Assembly: GCA_043819795.1 (NCBI GenBank)
Contig: JBDREN010000080.1
Coordinates: 1 to 35,411, forward strand
Direction: 5' to 3'
DNA from: Elusimicrobiota bacterium
GTDB lineage: Bacteria; Elusimicrobiota; Elusimicrobia; UBA1565
DNA: 35,411 nucleotides
The notes beneath the pieces are model-generated. The model saw only the letters and a program-made list of their open reading frames with translations, was not told where the DNA came from and searched no databases. Each line of letters starts with the position of its first letter. Positions within the stretch are counted from its first letter, which is position 1. The translations under genes were made by a program, and so were the position numbers. Shown here one piece after another: positions 1-8,922 of the stretch.

Positions 1-1
1 C

Positions 2-250
2 TTCCGCTCCGTGTCGGGGGATGAATGCGACTTGGTGCTGGAAGCCGGCTCCAGGCTGATCCCCATCGAGATCAAAGCCACGCAGACTCCCATGAACCGG
101 GACAACAGCGGCCTCGGCGTATTCCTGAAGTTGTTCAAGAGAGAAGCGCCCTTCGGGCTTCTTCTCTACCCGGGAACCCAGGTGATCCCGATGGGCGAGA
201 GGATCATGGCCCTGCCGATGCGCGCCTTTCTGACCGGGGAGCGCGATTGA
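2..250 (+). CDS. C-terminal end of AAA ATPase/DUF4143-type protein (5'-partial)
   Basis: Frame is open from the window edge. FRSVSGDECDLVLEAGSRLIPIEIKA matches the ExD..PIEIK nuclease-like tail typical of DUF4143 proteins. Confidence 0.8.
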   Translation, partial: FRSVSGDECDLVLEAGSRLIPIEIKATQTPMNRDNSGLGVFLKLFKREAPFGLLLYPGTQVIPMGERIMALPMRAFLTGERD

Positions 251-358
251 ACCTTTCGGGCCATTCGCTGTGATGCCGTAAGACCCCAAGGTTGGTCGCT
301 TGACCGGGGTGATGAAGAGGGTTCCCTCGACGGAGAGCTTCAGGCCGAAATCCCAGAA

Positions 359-404
359 GCTCATAACCTTGAGGTCGTGGGTTCAAATCCCACCCCCGCA
401 CCCA
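359..404 (+). tRNA. tRNA-fMet(CAT) 3'-half fragment, att-like copy 1 (not a full tRNA)
   Basis: GCTCATAACCTTGAGGTCGTGGGTTCAAATCCCACCCCCGCACCCA contains the CAT anticodon loop, T-arm GTGGG/CCCAC and an initiator-type CCCCGCA end. No D-arm or 5' half upstream. Confidence 0.9.
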
Positions 405-672
405 TCTCTGTGGATAGAATCGCTGGCCAGCAAATGGTCAGCGATTCTTGCTTGTAGGTGCGGGAGCTTATAGAAGACAAAGCGGGCCTGACGGTCCCTC
501 GGATGGATTTCGACGCGGTTTATAAAGCCCCGGACTCCCATTTTCCGCTCTGTCATTGTTCCGCGAGCAAATAGCCGGGGCAGGTCATCCAGGTAGCTAG
601 TCATCTCCTCGACAGCAGAATCCACCTGCAGCATAGCCGTGGGCAGGCGCTCGCTGAGAGCCTCCTTTTGGC
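383..672 (-). pseudogene. C-terminal remnant of probable large serine recombinase/integrase
   Basis: YLDDLPRLFARGTMTERKMGVRGFINRVEI..FYKLP resembles LSR C-terminal tails. The frame ends GCGGGI* antisense across the tRNA 3' end. The 5' part is replaced by an IS5 fragment. Confidence 0.6.
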
Positions 673-927
673 CGTTGCCCACCAGGTTTCCCACTGACCG
701 GTGCCCGCCAGGCGTTCAACGCCGCATCAGTGATCCAGATGGTCAAGTCGCCACGCCGGCGTAGACCTTCCTCGTACTCTGGCCAGTTACGCACCCGACA
801 GGGCTTCTTCGTGTATTTATACTGGGTCCGCTTGGGATGATTCATGGTGATAAACTCCGGATGGGATTCCAATACCCAGACTCGAGGGTATCCAGCGTAG
901 CCCATCGAGGAGTCATGCACCAATGCC
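673..927 (-). mobile_element. IS5-family (IS903-like) left-end fragment
   Basis: Terminal GGCATTGGTGCATGA ends at 927. ATG at 845 gives ..RVRNWPEYEEGLRRRGDLTIWI..W..PGGQR, the IS903-group N-terminal motif, then the frame is truncated. Confidence 0.85.
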
Positions 928-1205
928 CCCCGGAAGCGCGCGCCACTCCAAGGCCCCGATGTTCATTCTCCTGCGCAGATACTGGGATGCGGCTTTCTCC
1001 AGCCGGGAGCGGAGCTCGGCGGGAATATCGCGACGTCCCCTTTCCGGCTGACACGATGGTATTATGATTATTTTATAGTCTCTTTCTTCATCCTCCTGTC
1101 AATAAAATGTCCGTGACAAGTCAACATCTTCCTGTTACAGTAATAGCATGCGAACACGGCGCATGGGTATGCGCCGACACGGCTTTGAGAGGAGTGCGGT
1201 GCGCC

Positions 1206-1433
1206 GTGAGACTTCCGCGATTTGTCGGGATGGGGCTGCTGGGTCGCGTCTGCGCTTTGTCGCTTTGCCACCCGTCGCAAGCGGGGGAGGAGACAATCGA
1301 TGTCCTGGTGCAAACCGTGGACCAGGACCGCAACGACGTGCCGGGAAAGCTCCTGTTCTCCACCGACAGCCTCGGCGTCCCCGCCGGCGAGTGGCTGGCC
1401 TCGCCTCATCGCCGGGCCGGGGCCGTCTCGTGA
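1206..1433 (+). pseudogene. Possible truncated N-terminus of a secreted protein
   Basis: GAGGAG upstream of GTG 1206. A signal-peptide-like stretch (..CALSLCHPSQA) is followed by a short mature region and an early stop. Confidence 0.3.
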
Positions 1434-1473
1434 GGTATGACGCTCTGAGGCAGACGGATCATCCAAGGAGGCG

Positions 1474-4400
1474 GTGATGTTCAAGAACGAAAGACATCCG
1501 TTCCCCCATTCCGCCGTGAGCGCTTCCGCGGCGGCCGCACTCACGGTCTTCCTCTTGTGGGCGACGACCGTCCACGCGGTCACGACGGGCAACTGTCCCG
1601 GCGGAACCGTGAGCTACTGGACGTTCGACGCCGGCGACGCCAGAGACGATTTCGGCGCCAACGACGGAACGGCATATGGCGCGACCCCGGTCGGAGGCAT
1701 CATCGGCCTGGCGTCGGACCTCGACGGAATCGACGATTATATCGAGGTCCCCCACGTGGCGGACCTGACCTTGAGCGGAGCCGACTCCTATACCGAGGTC
1801 CCGCATTCGGAAAGCCTGACCCTGAGCGGCCCGGAAGTATACGTCGAGGCCCCGGACTCGGCGAGCCTGGACCTGCCGGGGGACCGGTTCACCCTCGAGG
1901 CGTGGATCAACATGCGCGGCTACGCGGGCGATAACAGGACCATCTTCGGCAAGATCGGGTGGACCGACACGTCCTCATGGAGCTACGCCCTCCACGTGAC
2001 GCCGGACGGCGGCGTGCTCGCCCAGTTCGTGAACGAGACCGGCGGGTCTTTCTCCCTTTCCGCCCCGGCAGGGTCGATCCGGAGAGGCGCCTGGCAGCAT
2101 GTGGCGGCCACCTACGACGGGGCCAAGCTACGCATCTACGTCGACGGAGCCGAGGCCGCGTCGCGCGACGCCTACGGGCGTCTCAGGCAAAACGATCATC
2201 CTCTCTCCATCGGCAGATGGCACGCGGCCGATCCCAATCCCTTCATCGGGCTCATCGACGAGGCGGCGGTCTACGGCCGGGCCCTGAGCGCCGAAGAGGT
2301 CGCCGCGCACCACGCCGCCGGCCCGGACGGCTATTGCGCGCAGGGCTGCCCCGCGGGGATGGCGGGCTATTGGCGCTTCGACGAAGGGGCGGGAGCGGAC
2401 GCCTACGACTCCTCCGGCAACGGCAATCACGCGATCGTCCTTGGGGCGGCTTGGGCCGAGGGGACGGCGGGCTCCGCCCTGGACTTCGTCTCCCAGCAGT
2501 TCACCCTCGAGGCTTGGATCAACCCAAGATCATACGCGGGCGATCATCGAGCCATCATCGGAAAAATCGGCTGGGACGACAGCAGCTCGTGGAGCTACCA
2601 GCTGCGCGCCGCCTCGGACGGGGCGCTGTACGCCGGATTCGCCGCCGAAACCGGCGGCGCGTTCTCGCTGACCAGCTACGCCGGCGCGCTCAATACCGGG
2701 GTCTGGCAGCACGTGGCGGCCGTCTACGACGGCGCCAGCCTGCGCCTCTACCTCGACGGGGCCGAGATCGCGTCGCGGGACGCGTACGGAAGCCTCAGGC
2801 GCAACGAATATCCGGTCTCCATCGGAAGGTGGCACGCGGGGTATCCCAACTGGTTCGAGGGGATGATCGACGAGGCGGCGGTCTACGACCGGGCGCTGAG
2901 CGCCGATGAGGTCGCCGCGCACCACGCCGCCGGCCCGGACGGCTACTGCGCCGGAGACTGCCCCGCGGGGATGGCGGGCTATTGGCGCTTCGACGAGGGC
3001 GCGGGGGCGGACGCCTACGACTCCTCCGGGAACGGCAACGACGGGGCCGTTTACGGGGCGGATCGGGCCGCCGGGATGTCGGGCGCCGCGCTGGACCTGG
3101 TTTCCCAGCAGTTCACCCTGGAAGCCTGGATCAACCCAAGAAAGGTCGCCGGCGATCACAGAGCCGTCATCGGCAAGATCGGCTGGGACGACAGCAGCTC
3201 GTGGAGCTACCACCTGCACGCCGCTTCGGACGGCGGACTGCTCGCCGGCTTCGCCGCAGAGACCGGCGCCACGTTCTCGCTGACCAGCTACGCCGGCGCG
3301 CTCCAGACCGGCGTCTGGCAGCACGTGGCGGCCGTCTACGACGGCGGCAGCCTGCGCCTCTATCTCGACGGGGCCGAGGTCGCGTCGCGGGAGGCGCACG
3401 GGAGGATCCGACGCAACGAATATCCGGCCTCCATCGGAAGATGGTACGCGGCCGATTCGAACCGGTTCGACGGATCCATCGATGAGGCGGCGGTCTACGA
3501 CCGGGCCCTGCCGGCCGAGGAGATCGAGCGGCATTACCGCAACGGCTTCGCCCGCGAGGGCTACTGCGAGACGGCCCGGCCCGCCTGCGGAGACGGGGAT
3601 ATCTTCCCTTTCACCGAGCGGTGCGACGACGGCGACGCCTCCGGCGGCGACGGGTGCTCCGCAGCGTGCGCGGTCGAGGCGGGCTACAGCTGCGCCGCGG
3701 AGCCCAGCGCCTGCTTCCCGGATTCCGACGGCGACGGCGCGCCCGACGAAGTCGACGCCTGCGACAACGCCGGCGCTCCGGCCGGGGCGGCCGGCTATTG
3801 GCGCTTCGAGGAGGAAAGCGGGACCACGGCCTTCGATTCCGCCGGCCCGAGCCCCGGGACGATCGCGGGCGCGGCGTCCGCCGCCGGGAAGGTCGGCCGG
3901 GCTCTCCGCTTCGACGGAGCCGATGATTATGTCGAGGTCCCTTCCTCGACCAACCTGGAGCTGGCCGGCGCCGGTGCGCATGTCGCGGTACCGCCTTCCG
4001 AAAGCCTGAATCTGGGCCGCTCTCATGCGCACGTCGAGGTGCCTCATTCGCCGGCGCTGGGCTTGACCGGAGTCAGCGCATACGTCGAGGTGCCCGGCTC
4101 GCCAAGCCTGGACCTGGCCGGCGACCGCTTCTCCCTCGAGGCGTGGATCAACCCGCGGGGATACGCAGGCGATTATAGGGCCATATTCAGCAAGATCGGC
4201 TGGACCCATATCAGCTCGTGGAGCTACCACCTGCGCGTCAACCCCGACGGCGGCCTGCGCGCCTACGTCGTCAACGAGAATGGGACATCCTTCGCGCTCA
4301 ACAGCCCGCCCGGCTCGGTCCGGAGGGACGCCTGGCAGCACGTGGCGGCGGTCTACGACGGCGCCAAGCTGCGCATCTACATAGACGGAGCCGAGGCCGC

Positions 4401-7400
4401 GTCGCGCGACGCCTACGGACGCCTCAGGCACAACGACTATCCCCTCTCCATCGGCAGATGGTATTCGGGCGATCCCAGCCCCTTCATCGGCCTCATCGAC
4501 GAGGCGGCGGTCTACGACCGGGCGCTGAGCGCCGATGAGGTGGCCGCGCACCACGCCGCCGGCTCGGCCGGCTATTGCTCCGGGGGATGCCCCGCGGGGA
4601 TGGCCGGCTATTGGCGCTTCGACGAGGGCGGCGGAGCGGACGCCTACGACTCCTCGGGCAACGGCAACCTCGGGACGGTCCACGGAGCCGCTTGGGCGGA
4701 CGGAATGGCGGGCGCCGCCCTGGACTTCATCGATGAGCAATTCACCCTGGAGGCGTGGATCAATCCGCGGGGATATGCCGGCGATTACAGGGCCATCTTC
4801 AGCAAGATCGGCTGGACCCATATCAGCTCGTGGAGCTACCACCTGCGCGTCAACTCCGACGGCGGCCTGGCCGCCTACTTAGTCAACGAGGACGGCGCCT
4901 CCTTCGCGCTCAACAGCCCGCCCGGCTCGGTCCAGAGGGACGCCTGGCAGCACGTGGCCGCCGTCTACGACGGCGCCAAGCTGCGCATCTACATAGACGG
5001 AGCCGAGGCCGCGTCGCGCGACGCCTACGGACGCCTCAGGCACAACGACTATCCCCTCTCCATCGGCAGATGGTATTCGGGCGATCCCAACCCCTTCATC
5101 GGCCTCATCGACGAGGCGGCGGTCTACGACCGGGCGTTGAGCCCGGCGGAGGTCGCCGCGCACCACGCGGCCGGCGCGGACGGCTATTGCGCCGGAGGCT
5201 GCCCCGCGGGGATGGCCGGCTATTGGCGCTTCGACGAAGGCGGCGAAGCGGACGCCTACGACTCATCCGGCAACGGCAACCTCGGGACGATCCACGGAGC
5301 CGCCTGGGCGGACGGAATGGCGGGCGCCGCGCTGGACTTCGTTTCCGAGCAGTTCACCCTGGAGGCGTGGATCAATCCGCGGGGATATGCCGGCGATTAC
5401 AGGGCCATCTTCAGCAAGATCGGGTGGACCCATATGAGCGCGTGGAGCTACCTTCTGCGCGTCAACCCCGACGGCGGCCTGGGTGCCTACTTCGTCAACG
5501 AGGACGGCGCCTCCTTCGCGCTCAACAGCCCGCCGGGCTCGGTCCGGAGGGACGCCTGGCAGCACGTGGCGGCGGTCTACGACGGCGCCAAGCTGCGCAT
5601 CTACGTGGATGGGGCCGAAGCGGCGTCGCGCGACGCCTACGGACGCCTCAGGCAGAACGACTATCCCCTCTCCATCGGCAGATGGTATTCGGGCGATCCC
5701 AACCCCTTCATCGGCCTCATCGACGAGGCGGCGGTCTACGACCGGGCGTTGAGCCCGGCCGAGATCGCCGAGCACCACGCGGCCGGCGCGGACGGCTATT
5801 GCGCCGGAGGCTGCCCCGCGGGGATGGCCGGCTATTGGCGCTTCGAGGAGGGCGGCGGTTTGGTCGCCCACGACTCCTCGGGATACGGCAATCACGGCGC
5901 CGTCAGCGGGGCGGCTTGGGCCGCCGGGGTCGCGGGCGGCGCGCTGGACTTCGTCTCCCAGCAGTTCACCTTGGAGGCTTGGATCAACGCGAGGACGTAC
6001 GCCGGCGATTACAGGACGCTCCTCGGCAAAGGCGACTGGAACGCCTCGGGGGCGTGGAGCTACGCCCTGCACGTCGCTCCGGACGGCGGGCTGAGCGCGA
6101 ACTTCGTCAACGAGGCCGGCAACTCGTTCCCGCTGGCCAGTTCCCCCGGCACGATTACGCCGGGCCTCTGGCAGCATGTCGCGGCCGCCTACGACGGCGG
6201 CAGGCTGCGCTTATACGTCGACGGCGCCGAGGTCGCCTCGCGCGACGCCTACGGCGGCCTCAGACAGAACGGCTACCCGCTGAACATCGGCCGATGGCGG
6301 CTCGGGGATCCCAACTGGTTCGACGGCAGCATCGACGAAGTCGCGGTATTCGACAGGGCCTTGCCCGCGCTCGTCCTATCCGAGCACTACGCCCGCGGCT
6401 CCGAGCAAGGGGGCTATTGCGCGCCCTCCTGCGTCGATGAGGACGAGGACGGGTACGGGGCGAGCGGCGGCGCGGACTGTCTCTATCCCGAGCCGGACTG
6501 CGACGACGCCTCCGATCGCGTGCACCCCGGCGCGCCCGAGCTCTGCGACGGCCTGGACAATGACTGCGACGGCGCGGTCGACGGCGGCTTCCCAGACGCG
6601 GACGCGGACGGCGCCGCGGACTGCGTGGACCCGGACGACGACGGCGACGGCCGGGCCGACGAGACGGACAACTGTCCCCTGCTCGCCAACCCCGGCCAGG
6701 AGGACGCGGACGCCGACGGCATGGGCGACGCGTGCGACGCCTGCCCGAACGACGCGGACAACGACGCCGATGCCGACGGCGTGTGCGGCGACGTCGACAA
6801 CTGCCCGGCGATCGCCAACACGGGCCAAGCGGACGGCGACGCCGACGCCATCGGCGACGCGTGCGACGCCTGCCCGAACGACGCGGACAACGACTCCGAC
6901 GGCGATACCGTCTGCGGCGACATCGATAATTGCCCGGCGACAGCCAACACCGGCCAAGCCAACGCCGACGCCGACGCCCTGGGCGACGCCTGCGACGCCT
7001 GCCCGGCCGATCCGGACAACGACGCCGACAAGGACGGAGTCTGCGGCGACATCGATAATTGTCCAGCGACGGGCAACGCGAGCCAGGAGGACGCCGACGC
7101 CGACGGCTTGGGCGACGCCTGCGACCCGCAGACCTGCGGCAACGCCGTGCTCGAGTTCCCGGAGCAGTGCGACGACGACAACGCCGCGGCGGGCGACGGC
7201 TGCTCGGAGCTGTGCGCCGTCGAGCTGCCCCCGGAGGTGGACGCGGCCGTGGACGTCGAGCAGAACGACGACGGGACCTACGACTACAGCATCGAGCAGC
7301 AAGACGGCACCCCGCTCGTCGACGTGGACGACAGCTCGGAGCTCATCGATATGGGCGGCATCGACATAAGCCACGAGACCAGCCCCTCGGCCAACGGGGT

Positions 7401-7962
7401 CTCCATCAGCGGCCTCGAGCTGCCCGCGGGCGTGACGAAGACCATCGTCCTCCCCTACAAGACGAGCATCTGCGCCATAGACGACGCGGACTTCAGCGCC
7501 GCCAACGTCGTCGCGGCGCTCGAATGCCTGAAGGACCCGCGCCGGATCACCTGGGCCGCGAAGACGGGCAACAAATGCGACTCCGCGACGCCCGTGGCCG
7601 CGGCGGACGCGAACGGAAATTCCCTGCCGCAGTACACCTGCGAGCGGTTCGTGCAGGACGAGACGACGTACGCGCTGATGAAGGGCTTCACGCACAGCAC
7701 CGCGTTCACGATCGCGGACGAGGACAACGACGGGGTGCTGGACGAGTACGACAAGTGCCCCGGCACGGCCGATTGGCGCGCCGAGGCGCGGCTGAACCCC
7801 GGCCACTACGACTCATCGAACCTGGAACCGGCGACGACCTACGGGTGCGCCTGCGACCAGATCCTGTCCCGCAAGCCCGGCAACAACCGGGGAGAGTACA
7901 AGTTCGGCTGCTCGGAAGGCACGCTGGACGTCTGGACGAGCCAGACGGGCTGGAGCCGGTAA
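1474..7962 (+). CDS. Giant secreted Ca-binding adhesin/lectin-like protein: 7 LamG-like domains, Myxococcus Cys-rich (DUF4215-like) repeats, MopE-type motif, TSP3 repeats, Cys-rich C-terminal domain
   Basis: 2162-aa ORF with an AAGGAGG RBS and a signal peptide (..TTVHA). Repeated FTLEAWI..WQHVAAVYDG..IDEAAVYDRAL; CGDG..CDDG..DGCS; CDGLDNDCDG; DNCP..N..Q.D.D.D..GDACD. Confidence 0.92.
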   Translation: MMFKNERHPFPHSAVSASAAAALTVFLLWATTVHAVTTGNCPGGTVSYWTFDAGDARDDFGANDGTAYGATPVGGIIGLASDLDGIDDYIEVPHVADLTLSGADSYTEVPHSESLTLSGPEVYVEAPDSASLDLPGDRFTLEAWINMRGYAGDNRTIFGKIGWTDTSSWSYALHVTPDGGVLAQFVNETGGSFSLSAPAGSIRRGAWQHVAATYDGAKLRIYVDGAEAASRDAYGRLRQNDHPLSIGRWHAADPNPFIGLIDEAAVYGRALSAEEVAAHHAAGPDGYCAQGCPAGMAGYWRFDEGAGADAYDSSGNGNHAIVLGAAWAEGTAGSALDFVSQQFTLEAWINPRSYAGDHRAIIGKIGWDDSSSWSYQLRAASDGALYAGFAAETGGAFSLTSYAGALNTGVWQHVAAVYDGASLRLYLDGAEIASRDAYGSLRRNEYPVSIGRWHAGYPNWFEGMIDEAAVYDRALSADEVAAHHAAGPDGYCAGDCPAGMAGYWRFDEGAGADAYDSSGNGNDGAVYGADRAAGMSGAALDLVSQQFTLEAWINPRKVAGDHRAVIGKIGWDDSSSWSYHLHAASDGGLLAGFAAETGATFSLTSYAGALQTGVWQHVAAVYDGGSLRLYLDGAEVASREAHGRIRRNEYPASIGRWYAADSNRFDGSIDEAAVYDRALPAEEIERHYRNGFAREGYCETARPACGDGDIFPFTERCDDGDASGGDGCSAACAVEAGYSCAAEPSACFPDSDGDGAPDEVDACDNAGAPAGAAGYWRFEEESGTTAFDSAGPSPGTIAGAASAAGKVGRALRFDGADDYVEVPSSTNLELAGAGAHVAVPPSESLNLGRSHAHVEVPHSPALGLTGVSAYVEVPGSPSLDLAGDRFSLEAWINPRGYAGDYRAIFSKIGWTHISSWSYHLRVNPDGGLRAYVVNENGTSFALNSPPGSVRRDAWQHVAAVYDGAKLRIYIDGAEAASRDAYGRLRHNDYPLSIGRWYSGDPSPFIGLIDEAAVYDRALSADEVAAHHAAGSAGYCSGGCPAGMAGYWRFDEGGGADAYDSSGNGNLGTVHGAAWADGMAGAALDFIDEQFTLEAWINPRGYAGDYRAIFSKIGWTHISSWSYHLRVNSDGGLAAYLVNEDGASFALNSPPGSVQRDAWQHVAAVYDGAKLRIYIDGAEAASRDAYGRLRHNDYPLSIGRWYSGDPNPFIGLIDEAAVYDRALSPAEVAAHHAAGADGYCAGGCPAGMAGYWRFDEGGEADAYDSSGNGNLGTIHGAAWADGMAGAALDFVSEQFTLEAWINPRGYAGDYRAIFSKIGWTHMSAWSYLLRVNPDGGLGAYFVNEDGASFALNSPPGSVRRDAWQHVAAVYDGAKLRIYVDGAEAASRDAYGRLRQNDYPLSIGRWYSGDPNPFIGLIDEAAVYDRALSPAEIAEHHAAGADGYCAGGCPAGMAGYWRFEEGGGLVAHDSSGYGNHGAVSGAAWAAGVAGGALDFVSQQFTLEAWINARTYAGDYRTLLGKGDWNASGAWSYALHVAPDGGLSANFVNEAGNSFPLASSPGTITPGLWQHVAAAYDGGRLRLYVDGAEVASRDAYGGLRQNGYPLNIGRWRLGDPNWFDGSIDEVAVFDRALPALVLSEHYARGSEQGGYCAPSCVDEDEDGYGASGGADCLYPEPDCDDASDRVHPGAPELCDGLDNDCDGAVDGGFPDADADGAADCVDPDDDGDGRADETDNCPLLANPGQEDADADGMGDACDACPNDADNDADADGVCGDVDNCPAIANTGQADGDADAIGDACDACPNDADNDSDGDTVCGDIDNCPATANTGQANADADALGDACDACPADPDNDADKDGVCGDIDNCPATGNASQEDADADGLGDACDPQTCGNAVLEFPEQCDDDNAAAGDGCSELCAVELPPEVDAAVDVEQNDDGTYDYSIEQQDGTPLVDVDDSSELIDMGGIDISHETSPSANGVSISGLELPAGVTKTIVLPYKTSICAIDDADFSAANVVAALECLKDPRRITWAAKTGNKCDSATPVAAADANGNSLPQYTCERFVQDETTYALMKGFTHSTAFTIADEDNDGVLDEYDKCPGTADWRAEARLNPGHYDSSNLEPATTYGCACDQILSRKPGNNRGEYKFGCSEGTLDVWTSQTGWSR
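1888..3560 (+). repeat. Intragenic 612-bp tandem units, block 1 (3 LamG bodies)
   Basis: FTLE codons start at 1888, 2500 and 3112, an exact 612-bp period. Confidence 0.9.
4129..6420 (+). repeat. Intragenic 612-bp tandem units, block 2 (4 LamG bodies)
   Basis: F(S/T)LE codons start at 4129, 4741, 5353 and 5965. The first three units are near-identical at DNA level. Confidence 0.9.
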
Positions 7963-7976
7963 GGAGTTATTGCGTG

Positions 7977-8216
7977 GGATGCCGGCAACGATGATTGCAT
8001 GCTGCCCTCGGAGACACGCAAGGCCGCGTCAATTTTGGGATGGCGGAGGTTGCGGTAATTGGGATTTGCTGCAATCATCGAGAACCGCAAGGTCCCTGGG
8101 CGGGCGCGAGGCGCCGCCAGGGGGGTTCTCGACGGAGAGGTTCTGAGCGGGCCGTTTTCTAAGGTGCGAAGCTCATAACCTTGAGGTCGCAGGTTCAAAT
8201 CCCACCCCCTCACCCC
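7977..8216 (+). repeat. ~240-bp att-like element copy 2 (conserved arm + tRNA-fMet 3' half at 8171-8216)
   Basis: GGATGCCGG..GATGATTGCA..CAATCATC.AGAACC..GGTTCTCGACGGAGAGGTTCTGAGCGG..CGAAGCTCATAACCTTGAG..GGTTCAAATCCC is colinear with 13868-14106 and 24560-24800. It begins 14 bp after the LamG gene stop. Confidence 0.92.
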
Positions 8217-8304
8217 TATTCCAGACTATCAATTCGTCTGGCTTAGTTTCAGGGGAAAGGTCACTCCTTCTCCGTCGCAGCTTGACTGTCCAAGTCTAGT
8301 AGTC

Positions 8305-8352
8305 TTGACATGAAGCAAGCAGGAGAAGTATAATATGTGCATATTTTCATAT
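8305..8352 (+). promoter_or_regulatory. Sigma70 promoter with overlapping ArsR-type operator
   Basis: TTGACA (8305-8310), 18-bp spacer, TATAAT (8329-8334), followed by an ATATG..CATAT imperfect palindrome. Confidence 0.75.
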
Positions 8353-8700
8353 ATGGCGAACCAGTCACCCTCCACCTCGGACTTGGTTTTCAGGATCAAA
8401 GCGGACTTTTTGAAAGCCCTCGCCCATCCCGTGCGGCTCGCCATCATCGAATACTTGAAGAACCGCGAGTCGTCTGTGGGGGAAATGGTCAACAAACTGG
8501 GGGTGGAGCAATCCGGCCTCTCCAAGCACCTGGCCCTGCTGCGCCATGCGGGAATACTCAGGTTCCGGCAGGAGAAGGTCACGGTGTATTACTCGATCCG
8601 AGACCACGACATCTTCAAGGTTCTGCGGCCCATCGCCGAGATACTTAGGAAAAAACTCAAGGAAAGCCAAGGGATGCTGGAGCATTTGGGTGAAGTGTGA
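8353..8700 (+). CDS. ArsR/SmtB-family transcriptional repressor
   Basis: KADFLKALAHPVRLAII..SVGEM..QSGLSKHLALLRHAGIL..VYYSI. Start taken at ATG 8353 because the 8335 ATG abuts the -10. Confidence 0.92.
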   Translation: MANQSPSTSDLVFRIKADFLKALAHPVRLAIIEYLKNRESSVGEMVNKLGVEQSGLSKHLALLRHAGILRFRQEKVTVYYSIRDHDIFKVLRPIAEILRKKLKESQGMLEHLGEV

Positions 8701-8724
8701 TCTCTTTTTTCTCTTATATATGTC

Positions 8725-8745
8725 TATAATGGCATATTATCATAT
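8725..8745 (+). promoter_or_regulatory. Second -10 plus operator copy upstream of the PEPCK-like gene
   Basis: TATAAT followed by GCATATTATCATAT (8732-8745), a 13/14 match to GCATATTTTCATAT (8339-8352). Confidence 0.6.
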
Positions 8746-8922
8746 CTTCCATTGCATCTAGAGCCAAGGCTTGTTCGTTATGGTAAAAGAAAATATTCAT
8801 TTTGGCTTTAAGGATGGTTTGGAGGCACGTTGCTATCGATAGCGCCGATGCCGCTTTGTGCCCCCGATTCGCCTCACCTTAGCCGCTTCTTGCGCCGTGG
8901 TTCAACCCGAGGAGGGTAAGAC

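Noticed and set aside
1888..6420. Diversity-generating retroelement acting on the repeats
   Set aside because: No reverse transcriptase is present, and the differences are not adenine-specific.
2530..7806. Long antisense and alternate-frame ORFs (770, 561, 476 aa etc.) over the LamG gene, and similar shadows over other genes including the ISL3 transposase
   Set aside because: Expected shadows of GC-rich coding sequence, with no recognisable motifs.
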